Positions 10,401 through 18,651 of a DNA stretch of 64,000 nucleotides are shown here, piece by piece (the stretch's first letter is position 1; every line of letters begins with the position of its first letter). The position numbers and the translations under genes were made by a program. The DNA lies in contig JAFYYP010000010.1 of assembly GCA_017557505.1 (NCBI GenBank), forward strand, positions 2,148 through 66,147, given 5' to 3'. The notes under the pieces are model-generated. The model ran no database searches, was not told the origin of the DNA, and saw only the letters and a program-made list of their open reading frames with translations. Origin of the DNA: Bacillota bacterium (GTDB lineage: Bacteria; Bacillota; Clostridia; Peptostreptococcales; Anaerovoracaceae).

Positions 10401-13400
10401 TAGAATCAGTTATTTTGATGGGGCTTATGTAAACGAAAAGAATGATTCACTTCAAAATCGTTCATCTCAGTTGTTACATGAAAGTGCTTTAATTGGCCAA
10501 GGTGTAACAATTGCAGATGAGTACCGTAATTATACGCCTGAGTTGCCTGAAGGCCAGGCCGGATATGTCTTTGAGGGCTGGTATTTAGATAAAGACTGCA
10601 AGGTGGCTTATACCTTCGATAAAATGCCCATTGGTGGTATTATGGTATACGCTAAGTGGCGTCAGGTTCAGTATCGTGTATTCCTCCATCCCAAAGCTGA
10701 TTTGGACGTTCCCCTTGATTGGGGTAAAAACGATGACGGATCTTCACCTTCAATGTGCTTCCGCGTCGACTACGGTGAACAGATTTCTGCGCCTACTGGC
10801 AGGCAGACTGGTTACGAGTTTTATGGATGGTATTGGGAAGACGGGTCTGTATTCAATGAATCAACCAAAATAAAGAGTGGGACTCCATACAACATGGATA
10901 CAGATTATACTGATCCTATGGATGAATATGGGGTCATTGGAAGCAATCCCACCAACTCTGATAAAACCGGATTTAATGGTGAAAAACGTTTCTGGGTCAT
11001 TGGAAGGGTCGACCTTTATGCTAAGTGGGGCGAGATCATTACCGGTGCCGATGGCATTACCGTAAAGTATGATGCCAATGGTGGTACCAATGCTCCGACA
11101 GACAGCGTGCTCCATAAGGACAATACTCCCGTTGGCGCAGGCGCTGCCGCAACTGCACCTGAAGGCAAGGTCTTTGATCGTTGGATGGTACAGACTTGGA
11201 ACCCCGATACTGAAGAATACGATGATACCAATAATACTTATTTACCTGGTGTAGAGTTTGATGTTCGCAAGAGTGATGCGAAGATCACAAAGGCAGGTAC
11301 TGAAACGGTTGTTGCGCCTACGGCTGTTGTCGAAGGCGAGAAGTACGATTATACCGTCATGCTGAAGGCTGTGTATAAAGATGTCGAAGAAAAGACTCCG
11401 ACTCATATCGGCTGGTACAGCAATTATGGTGAAGGTAAAGGCGAAGAATACCGTTACGATACGTTAGACGAGGCGGGTAATCCTTCTCTTGGCATCAACG
11501 TTGGCGTAGATATCTATGCTGCTCCGAGCCGTCCTGGTTATACGTTCAAGGGTTGGACAAAGACTCAGGGTGGTACGACTGCAGACTTCCTGATCTGGAC
11601 TGGCAGCGAGTATACAGATGTAAATGGTAATACTGCTACTCAGGTCGCAGCTGATGAAAAGCAGAATCAAGGCCAGTATGATGACCTCTTTGCTGTTTGG
11701 GAAGAGGCTGAAGTAACCATCAACTATGCAGTTGCGGAAGACAGTGCCAATATGGGCAGTGTGGCTCCGACATCTGAAACAGTGAAGGCTGAGACCGGAA
11801 CTGCTGCAGGCTCTACTGCAACTCCAAGCGGAGAATATCTCTTCGATTACTGGACTTGCGACACCGGTACCGATCATGTTGGTACTGCGGCGGCATTTGC
11901 ACCTTCCAAGAATGCGGATGGTGTATATGAAGCTCACACCTACTATGCACACTTTAAAGAAGTTGAGCCCGAAACCTACACCATCCTCTACAATTCCAAC
12001 TACTCGTCCTATGTGGAAGAGCTTACGGAAGATGATGATCTGAAGGTCCAGACGGAGCCGGCTACTTCTCTGAAGATTCTGAGCCCGGCTGATGAAGCAC
12101 TGAAATTTGCTGAAGAAGAAGGGTCAGATTGCATCTGGACTGCCGAAGATGGCACTAAGTTCAGATTCATTGGCTGGTTCACTGACCGGCAGAAGCAGGT
12201 AGGCAAGCACGAGATTGACTCCTCTTTCCCCGAAAATGGAACTTCTGGAGATGAGGACGATAATAACAACGGACAGATCGGCGATGACCAGATTAGCGAA
12301 CAGACCGATCCTACTCCCGCTACTGGAGAAGGTACTTCTTCCAGCGCAATCTCGACCAGCGCACAGAGACTCCGTGCAATGATCGCGACTACCAGTGAGG
12401 GTGATGATCCCGACCTCGTGCTCTACGCTCAGTGGGAAGAGGTTGTGGAACCGGTTGAACCGAATGCAGAATTAACTATCACTAAGGTAACTACTTCTAC
12501 TCCCGCAAGCGAAGATGGAAAGTATGCACTTGGTGAGGAAATCACCTATGAGATTACGGTTAAGAATACCGGTAACCAGACTATTACGAACGTCGTGGTC
12601 ACTGACGACCTGACCGGTGATGTATGGCCTGGCGAAGGTGAAGATCCGCTGACTCTGGAACCGGACGAAACTAAGGTATATACTACCAGCTATACTGTCC
12701 AGGAAAAGGATATCCTGGCTGGCGAAGTTGTGAACGTAGCAACTGCGACCGGTGACGATCCTAATGGTGATGATCCCACTATCGTTCCGGGTGAAGATCC
12801 CGAACCGACGGAAGATCCGAATCCGCACATCTTGGTTGAAAAGAAGACCACTTCTGCTCCGGCTAATGGCAAGTATTATGTCGAGGGCGAGACGATCACT
12901 TACGAGATCACTGTTACCAACGATGGTAACCTGACAGTTACCAACATTACGGTGATCGACGAGCTTACAGGATTGGAAGAAACGATTCAGAGTCTTGCAC
13001 CGCAGAGTGTTGATCCAGACGCAAAGGAAGTCTTTACCACAACTTATGTGGTTACTGCAGATGACGTGACAGCGGGCAGCGTAAAGAACGTTGCAACTGC
13101 TGAGGCAGAGAATCCCGCAGACGATCCTGAGAATCCGAACGTTCCGGTGAAGGACGGCGAGACTGAAGATCCGACAAAGGATCAGACTCCGGACAATCCG
13201 GGTCCGCGTCCAAGACCGACTCCGACCGAGGAAGAACCGGACGAAGTGATCCCTGAAGACGATACTCCGCTGGCTCCCTATGAGGAAGACCCCGAGGAAG
13301 TGATTCCCGAAGACGATACTCCGTTCGCACCTTACGAGGAAGAACCGGACGAAGAAGTCGCTGAAGAGCCGACTCCGTTCAGCCCGTACACCGGCGATGA

Positions 13401-13488
13401 TCGCCACACGGCAGCTTGGGGCTTCGTAAGCCTCCTGTCCCTGGCAGGCATCGCGGTCGTGGCCAGAAAGCGCAGAGAAGAGGAGTAA
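7477..13488 (+). CDS. Giant (2003 aa) cell-wall-anchored surface adhesin-like protein, paralogue of 342-7178
   Basis: The start was moved from the track's 7450 to the ATG at 7477, which matches the paralogue's start and RBS. The signal peptide is near-identical (MRKLYGSTSWRRVLALVLVFVMMFSVMGTSGYSVFA). It also has an acidic spacer, GYxFxGW..YAxW modules, two DUF11-like repeats, and a C-terminal SPYTGDDRHTAAWGFVSLLSLAGIAVVARKRREEE. Confidence 0.9.
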   Translation: MRKLYGSTSWRRVLALVLVFVMMFSVMGTSGYSVFAESEPTETQEEVIAAEPEVVDQEVTEDIQGPSPGEEEAEAIVEPVEEAEEDEADVEAVEEATEEAEEPAEEAVEEAVEDEEAEEPAAEVEEAEEPAEEAEAVEEDEAEAEEPAEESEEEPAEEVEAGEAEDTLIAEAAQAIIEDDGSEAPAEEAEEVAEEAVKEAEEEAIEELPEEEVIPEGPTSFAPKKFGDTTVTVTAEPYTFPEGTTVTIEEVFLGRTQKAAIADAVEEKVEIVKAYDITFFDADGSEVQPAIPVKVSIVSDAIAESDNLQVVHMENEKKAEVVDIDVTEEGVEFGAKHFSVYVVVETVVPRLTVYFGDQGSIASMIIKKADTAAEVDDIIYDPGVGTVPAGQTFKGWTTEGATELMTIEGVRTDAMAKVAELTANGEVTYTPVFYKQYTVTYVDINGIAVGTEAVDLPSTETNAEYTVNMNYSTDDTHNFEGWHIADADSLESIVSPTGLTIESLIANETDIVIKGDLKLSAVAPEGCWLVFDENGKGASYVAPQFVKADTVTKEPLIEMSRFGYTFGGWYDTKEHADAHGNAEDPSTVTTGEFAFNELLDKATTIYASWIPNKNAAYAIVFWTQSLDKDGYEVAGSYVGKNGIVGQNIPYTVIENGDEDYVARKSGDSDSISYDFGTYEDEHGETKDQGHFTGFCLTDDSKNLEVAITPEGDAVLNLYYDRITYNFKFYLYRDGAQGGYDYANNSGSGSDLDGLVTWHTNQTQHPSVKNVDELESEVVGGRTYYYYVMEAYYGEDISEKWLTYDMIEGANNREPVSYVMMIHTYLKPNPTNQGSGTVKGVISVLNDNILGATNDSNGNYVVVRFPANFFNWRYHIWLEAAEGNDYTDKETYEYNGKTYYEETVMEVRSSNITDNNQNEPKYTGFDYVTRLGQNQAGEWGGGHWAYNANGAWAGQNNTENQNWEYHLNYVYNRQQYRISYFDGAYVNEKNDSLQNRSSQLLHESALIGQGVTIADEYRNYTPELPEGQAGYVFEGWYLDKDCKVAYTFDKMPIGGIMVYAKWRQVQYRVFLHPKADLDVPLDWGKNDDGSSPSMCFRVDYGEQISAPTGRQTGYEFYGWYWEDGSVFNESTKIKSGTPYNMDTDYTDPMDEYGVIGSNPTNSDKTGFNGEKRFWVIGRVDLYAKWGEIITGADGITVKYDANGGTNAPTDSVLHKDNTPVGAGAAATAPEGKVFDRWMVQTWNPDTEEYDDTNNTYLPGVEFDVRKSDAKITKAGTETVVAPTAVVEGEKYDYTVMLKAVYKDVEEKTPTHIGWYSNYGEGKGEEYRYDTLDEAGNPSLGINVGVDIYAAPSRPGYTFKGWTKTQGGTTADFLIWTGSEYTDVNGNTATQVAADEKQNQGQYDDLFAVWEEAEVTINYAVAEDSANMGSVAPTSETVKAETGTAAGSTATPSGEYLFDYWTCDTGTDHVGTAAAFAPSKNADGVYEAHTYYAHFKEVEPETYTILYNSNYSSYVEELTEDDDLKVQTEPATSLKILSPADEALKFAEEEGSDCIWTAEDGTKFRFIGWFTDRQKQVGKHEIDSSFPENGTSGDEDDNNNGQIGDDQISEQTDPTPATGEGTSSSAISTSAQRLRAMIATTSEGDDPDLVLYAQWEEVVEPVEPNAELTITKVTTSTPASEDGKYALGEEITYEITVKNTGNQTITNVVVTDDLTGDVWPGEGEDPLTLEPDETKVYTTSYTVQEKDILAGEVVNVATATGDDPNGDDPTIVPGEDPEPTEDPNPHILVEKKTTSAPANGKYYVEGETITYEITVTNDGNLTVTNITVIDELTGLEETIQSLAPQSVDPDAKEVFTTTYVVTADDVTAGSVKNVATAEAENPADDPENPNVPVKDGETEDPTKDQTPDNPGPRPRPTPTEEEPDEVIPEDDTPLAPYEEDPEEVIPEDDTPFAPYEEEPDEEVAEEPTPFSPYTGDDRHTAAWGFVSLLSLAGIAVVARKRREEE
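12466..13110 (+). repeat. Two tandem DUF11-like domain repeats
   Basis: ELTITKVTTSTPASEDGKYALGEEITYEITVKNTGNQT.. and HILVEKKTTSAPANGKYYVEGETITYEITVTNDGNLT.. Boundaries are approximate. Confidence 0.55.
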
Positions 13489-13526
13489 TCCGAATCCGGC
13501 TGACTAGCCAAAACAACTGAAACACG

Positions 13527-13562
13527 CAGCCCCGCTGGTTTTCCGGCGGGGCTGTTTGTGTT
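13527..13562 (+). terminator. Rho-independent terminator
   Basis: Stem cagccccgc/gcggggctg, followed by tttgtgtt. Confidence 0.6.
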
Positions 13563-13601
13563 ATACTGTTAAGGCAGTCTATCAGAAAAGGAGATTTATC
13601 T

Positions 13602-15101
13602 ATGACAGTAAACGAAGCAAAACAGGCCCTGGCCGAGCTGCAGCGCAAGATGGCAGCATACGACCATGCCATGAGCCTGATCTATTACGACGGCACGACT
13701 TCTGCCCCGAAGGGAACCGCGGCCAACCGCGGGGTCGCGCTCTCCGTGCTCAGCGAAGAAGAGTATAAGTTGTGCACCGGCAAGGAGACCGTGGAACTGC
13801 TGGAGTTCCTCGATGCCAACAAGGAAGAACTGGACGACAAGGAAAAGCGCATCGTCTACCTGCTGCTGAAGGATATCCGCAACATGGCGAAGATCCCCAT
13901 GGACGAATACGTCGCCTACGAGGAGCTGCTCGTGGAAGCGGACGACGTCTGGCATACGGCGAAGGAAACGAGCGATTTCGCGCTGTTCGAGCCCATCCTG
14001 CAGAAGATCTTCGACACGAATCTGCGTTTTGCGGGATATATCGATCCGGAAAAGGATCCGTATGATCTCTGGCTCAACGAATACGAAGAAGGCCTGAACA
14101 AGGAGTTCTGCGACAAGTTCTTCAACACGCTTAAAGAGCGCCTCGTACCGCTGATCAAGAAGGTCGGCGAGATGCCGCAGGTCGACACGTCCTGCCTGAA
14201 GGGCTATTTCCTGGCGTCTGACCAGGAGAAGCTCGCTCACTGGCTCATGCGCACCATGGCCATGGATCTCGATCACATCGGTCTGGCCACGACGGAGCAC
14301 CCGTTCACGACGAGCTTCGGCAGCCACAACGACGTGCGCATCACAACGCACTATTACGAGGAGAACGTCAGCTTTTCCATGTATTCCGTCATCCATGAGG
14401 GCGGTCACGCGCTGTACGATTCCGGCTCCGCCGACGAATTCGCCTACACCGCGCTGGACGGCGGCATTTCCATGGGCATCCACGAGAGCCAGAGCCGTTT
14501 CTACGAGAACATCCTGGGACGCAGCAGAGCGTTCTGCAACTGCGTGCTGCCCGTGATGAAGGCGCTGTTCCCGCAGATGGGCGCGACGACGGAAGAGGAG
14601 TTCTTCAAAGCGATCAACGTCGTCGAACCCTCGCTGATCCGCACAGAAGCCGACGAGGTCACGTACTGCCTGCACGTCATGATCCGCTACGAGATCGAAA
14701 AGCGCGTCATGGCAGGCGAACTGGCCGTGCACGACATCCCCGCAGAGTGGAACCGCCTGTACAAGGAATACCTGGGCATTGACGTGCCCGACGACAAGCA
14801 CGGCTGCCTGCAGGATTCGCACTGGAGCGGTGGCAGCATCGGTTACTTCCCCAGCTATGCGCTCGGCAGTGCTTACGGCGCCCAGTTCCTGCGCAAGATG
14901 AAGGAAGACCTCGACGTGGACGCGCTGATGGCCAAGGGCGATTTCGCGCCCATCAACGCCTGGCTGAGAGAGAAGATCTGGCAGTACGGCTGCCTGTACA
15001 CGCCGGCAGAGATCCTGGATCGCGTGCTCGGCGAGCCGTTCGATCCGCAGGTTTACCTCGACTATCTCGAAGAAAAGTGCAAGGCCGTTTACGGGATCTA
15101 G
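13602..15101 (+). CDS. M32 family carboxypeptidase (thermostable carboxypeptidase Taq-like)
   Basis: RBS aaaggag. The motifs EHPFT, HEGGHALYD (HExxH) and GIHESQSRFYEN are typical of family M32. Confidence 0.85.
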   Translation: MTVNEAKQALAELQRKMAAYDHAMSLIYYDGTTSAPKGTAANRGVALSVLSEEEYKLCTGKETVELLEFLDANKEELDDKEKRIVYLLLKDIRNMAKIPMDEYVAYEELLVEADDVWHTAKETSDFALFEPILQKIFDTNLRFAGYIDPEKDPYDLWLNEYEEGLNKEFCDKFFNTLKERLVPLIKKVGEMPQVDTSCLKGYFLASDQEKLAHWLMRTMAMDLDHIGLATTEHPFTTSFGSHNDVRITTHYYEENVSFSMYSVIHEGGHALYDSGSADEFAYTALDGGISMGIHESQSRFYENILGRSRAFCNCVLPVMKALFPQMGATTEEEFFKAINVVEPSLIRTEADEVTYCLHVMIRYEIEKRVMAGELAVHDIPAEWNRLYKEYLGIDVPDDKHGCLQDSHWSGGSIGYFPSYALGSAYGAQFLRKMKEDLDVDALMAKGDFAPINAWLREKIWQYGCLYTPAEILDRVLGEPFDPQVYLDYLEEKCKAVYGI

Positions 15102-15145
15102 ACGACAGGACCCCGAGGCATTCAATAAAAGCAGAAAGGATAACC

Positions 15146-16849
15146 ATGAAATTTTCTGAAATGCCCTACAGCCGCCCCGACGTCGAGGCGCTGAAAACGC
15201 AGATGACAGCCATCACGGAGCGTCTGAAGGCTGCAAAGACTTACGAAGAGGCGAAGGCTGCTTTCCTCGAAAACGAGGAACTAGGCTGCCACGTCAACAC
15301 CTTGGCTCAGCTCGTCTCCATCCGCCATTCCATCGATACGCGCGACAAGTTCTACGACGAGGAGCAGACCTGGTGGAACAGCCAGGTCCCCATCCTGCAG
15401 GAATACGCACAGAACTGGATGGCTGCCATGCTGGCGAGCCCGTTCCGCCCGCAGTTCGCCGAAGAATACGGCGAGCTGATGTTCATCAACGGCGACATGG
15501 CCCTCAAGACCTTCAAGCCGGAGATCATCCCTCTGCTGCAGGCCGAGAATGACGAGGCTGACGCCTACGAAAAACTGCTGTCTTCCGCGCAGATCCCCTT
15601 CGAGGGAAGCGTGTATACGCTGTCCCAGCTGACCCCGTTCAAGACCGACGCGGACGACGCGCGCCGGCTGGCTGCGTGGAAAGCGGAAGGGCAGTGGTAC
15701 AAGGACAACCAGGAAGCTCTGGATGCCCACTACGACAAGCTCGTACACCTGCGCGACGAAATGGGCAAAAAGCTCGGCTACGAAGGCTACACGACGCTCG
15801 GCTACTACCGCATGAGCCGCAACTGCTACACCAAGGAAGACGTCGAAAAATTCCGCGCCATGGTGCGCAAGTACATCGTGCCCCTGGCCGATCTGACGTA
15901 CCGTCAGCAGGCGGAGCGCCTCGGCAAGGCCTATCCGATGGATTACGCGGACAACGCGCTGGCTTTCCGCAGCGGCAATCCCAAGCCGTTCGGCACGCCG
16001 GAACAGATCCTCGCGCACGGCCTGAAGTTCTACAGTGAACTGTCCCCGGAGACGAAGGAATTCTTCACGACCATGATGGACAACGAGCTGCTGGACGTGC
16101 TGTCCACAGAAGGCAAAATGGCCGGCGGTTACTGCACGGAGCTGCAGGATTACAAGTGCCCGTTCATCTTCGCGAACTTCAACGGCACGCAGGGCGACGT
16201 CGAGGTCGTGACCCACGAGGCGGGTCACGCGTTCGAAGTCTGGACGAACCGCAATCGCATCCCGAGCGAATACCACTGGCCGTCCATGGAAGCCTGTGAA
16301 GTGCATTCCATGTCCATGGAATTCTTCGCGTGGCCCTGGGAAGAGGGCTTCTTCGGCGAGGATACGCGCAAGTTCTACTACAGCCACCTCGCGAGCGCAC
16401 TGCAGTTCATCCCGTACGGCACGCTCGTGGACCACTTCCAGCACGAAGTCTACGCTCATCCGGACATGACCCCGGCCGAACGCCACGCCTGCTGGAAGGA
16501 GCTGCAGCAGATCTACATGCCCTGGGTAAAGCTGGACGGAGATATCCCGTTCTACGGAGAAGGCATGGCCTGGCAGCGCCAGCATCACATCTATTCCAGC
16601 CCGTTCTATTACATTGACTACTGCCTGGCGCAGACTGTCTCGTTGGAATTCTGGGCGCTGATACAGAAGGATTTCAAGTCCGCCTGGAAGACGTACATGG
16701 ACTACACCGTGCAGGGCGGCAGCGACACGTTCACGAACATGCTGAAGAAGGCCGGTCTCGATACGCCGTTCGACGAGAACTGCTTAAAGACCGCCTCCGA
16801 GGCCGCCAAGAAGTGGCTGGACGAATTTGACCTGACAGGGATCGAATAA
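15146..16849 (+). CDS. M3 family oligoendopeptidase (PepF-like)
   Basis: The start was reassigned to the ATG at 15146, after RBS aaaggataacc. It has the zinc motif THEAGHAFE and an overall PepF-like length of 567 aa. Confidence 0.85.
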   Translation: MKFSEMPYSRPDVEALKTQMTAITERLKAAKTYEEAKAAFLENEELGCHVNTLAQLVSIRHSIDTRDKFYDEEQTWWNSQVPILQEYAQNWMAAMLASPFRPQFAEEYGELMFINGDMALKTFKPEIIPLLQAENDEADAYEKLLSSAQIPFEGSVYTLSQLTPFKTDADDARRLAAWKAEGQWYKDNQEALDAHYDKLVHLRDEMGKKLGYEGYTTLGYYRMSRNCYTKEDVEKFRAMVRKYIVPLADLTYRQQAERLGKAYPMDYADNALAFRSGNPKPFGTPEQILAHGLKFYSELSPETKEFFTTMMDNELLDVLSTEGKMAGGYCTELQDYKCPFIFANFNGTQGDVEVVTHEAGHAFEVWTNRNRIPSEYHWPSMEACEVHSMSMEFFAWPWEEGFFGEDTRKFYYSHLASALQFIPYGTLVDHFQHEVYAHPDMTPAERHACWKELQQIYMPWVKLDGDIPFYGEGMAWQRQHHIYSSPFYYIDYCLAQTVSLEFWALIQKDFKSAWKTYMDYTVQGGSDTFTNMLKKAGLDTPFDENCLKTASEAAKKWLDEFDLTGIE

Positions 16850-17406
16850 TGGCTTTCGGTGACAGAAAGAAAAAGAAATACGCGGAATTCATCGAGACGG
16901 CTTCGGGCGAGGTCGTGTATATCGGCAAGTATCTTGTCTACGACGTGAACAACCCGCTGCCCTACAACCGTTACCGCACCGCGATCGCTCTGGCCTGCAC
17001 AGGCGCAGCGATCCTGGCTGCTGCGATGGGTCTTTACCGCGCGCCCGGCACGGACCGCACGCTTTACGTCGTGCTGCCGTACGTGCTGCTGCTCGGCTTT
17101 ACGCTGCTGCTGTGCTACCGCGGCGCGAAGGTCGTGAAGGCCGGCAATCCGATGAAGGCCTTCGATTACCGCAACGCGCTGCAGCCCATGCTGCACTGGT
17201 CGTACACGTCCATCGTGTTCGCGGTCATCCTGCTGGCGTGCTATTTCTTCCATCTCGTGCGCGCCGGAACGCAGGGGTGCGCGATGGCTGCTGTCGTGGC
17301 GTTCCCGCTCATGGCCGCGCTGATCGGTGCGCTCAACGTCTGGCTCGTGACAGTCATTAAGAAAAATGCATGGAACGAGGCGGAAGAAACGACGGAAGAA
17401 GAATAA
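16849..17406 (+). CDS. Hypothetical integral membrane protein (about 4 TM helices)
   Basis: Its start overlaps the upstream stop (ATAATG). It has four hydrophobic stretches and an acidic C-terminal tail EAEETTEEE. I recognise no family motif. Confidence 0.55.
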   Translation: MAFGDRKKKKYAEFIETASGEVVYIGKYLVYDVNNPLPYNRYRTAIALACTGAAILAAAMGLYRAPGTDRTLYVVLPYVLLLGFTLLLCYRGAKVVKAGNPMKAFDYRNALQPMLHWSYTSIVFAVILLACYFFHLVRAGTQGCAMAAVVAFPLMAALIGALNVWLVTVIKKNAWNEAEETTEEE

Positions 17407-17415
17407 TACGCATGC

Positions 17416-17450
17416 AAAAACTCCGGGCCGGACGGTCCGGAGTTTTGTGT
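17416..17450. terminator. Bidirectional hairpin between convergent genes
   Basis: aaaaactccgg...ccggagtttt inverted repeat, flanked by A and T tracts. Confidence 0.5.
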
Positions 17451-17463
17451 TGCATTGCAAATA

Positions 17464-18651
17464 TTACTCGATGGGGATCTTCACCTTGCAGTCCGAGAGC
17501 GGATAGGCCGCGCACGCGTGGATGTAGCCGAAATCCTTATCGGCTGCACGTCTGCCGTCGTTCTCCGGGCAGATGAACGTGTTGCCGGAGATCAGCTTGC
17601 TGCGGCAGAACCCGCACTCGCCGCTGCGGCAGCCCGTTTCGATGCGGATGCCGGCTCTTTCGAGCGCCACGACGATGCTTTCGGTAGCCTTTGCCGGGAT
17701 CACGTCTTCGTGGATGCCACGGACGACCGTCAGATTGAAGGTCTGGTCCGACAGTTCCTTCGGGAAGCCTTCGTAGACCGTGATGTCCTTCGCCTGGCCG
17801 AATACCTCGAAGCGGATGCGCCGCTTGGGCGTACCCATCTTCTTCAGTTCTTCGTGCAGGAAGCGGTACATGACCTGCGGTCCGCAGATAAAGTACGTCG
17901 TATCCGGCGCGGAGTACTTCTGGATCAGTTCAGCGGAGAGGAAGCCCCTTTCGCCTTGCCAGTCAGGTTCGTCTCCGGACAGCACGTGGACGATCTTCAG
18001 GCGGTCGCTCTTCAGCGCTTCCAGTTCTTCCTTCAGCGCGATGTCGTCAGAGCTTACCGAACCGAACAGGATCGTCAGATCCATGTCCAGCGTGCCGTGC
18101 GCGACTTCCTTCGCCATGGAAGCGAACGGAGTGATGCCAACGCCGCCGGCCAGCGCCACGACGTTTTTCGCGTCTCTCAGCGGTTCGTAATAGAACTGTC
18201 CGTGTCCCATGCTTCCCATAAAGGTGTCGCCCACCTTTACGTTGTCGTTGATGTGGTCACAGATAAAGCCGTCGCCCTTGGACCGCCGCACCGTGATCTC
18301 CACGAACGGCTTTTCTTCCAACCGCGCCTCGAACGGCGCGGAGGAGATGGAGTAGGGGCGGGAGATGAGGCTCTCGCCGATGGGGAAGTCCAGCACGATG
18401 TACTGACCCGCGTAGAACGGGGGCAGCTTCTTGCCGTCCGGGCGTTCGAATCTCAGCGTTTTCGAGGTCTTGCTCGCGGGACGGATGTCCGTCACGACCA
18501 GTTCGATCTTGCCGGGATGCCACTCTCTGGCGACGTCCCCGATCGGGTCGGTCTGCACGGGTACCGGAGAAGCGTTCGCGAACGCTTCGAGTCTTGCTTT
18601 CGTGATGCGGGAGGCGCCGCCGACGTCTTTCAGAAATCCTTTAACTTTCAT
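17464..18651 (-). CDS. FNR-type FAD/NAD(P)-binding reductase fused to a C-terminal plant-type 2Fe-2S ferredoxin domain
   Basis: RPYSISS (RxYS FAD motif), LAGGVGITPF (NAD-binding motif) and C-terminal CRSGECGFCRSKL...C. The start codon directly abuts the upstream stop. Confidence 0.85.
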   Translation of the reverse strand: MKVKGFLKDVGGASRITKARLEAFANASPVPVQTDPIGDVAREWHPGKIELVVTDIRPASKTSKTLRFERPDGKKLPPFYAGQYIVLDFPIGESLISRPYSISSAPFEARLEEKPFVEITVRRSKGDGFICDHINDNVKVGDTFMGSMGHGQFYYEPLRDAKNVVALAGGVGITPFASMAKEVAHGTLDMDLTILFGSVSSDDIALKEELEALKSDRLKIVHVLSGDEPDWQGERGFLSAELIQKYSAPDTTYFICGPQVMYRFLHEELKKMGTPKRRIRFEVFGQAKDITVYEGFPKELSDQTFNLTVVRGIHEDVIPAKATESIVVALERAGIRIETGCRSGECGFCRSKLISGNTFICPENDGRRAADKDFGYIHACAAYPLSDCKVKIPIE

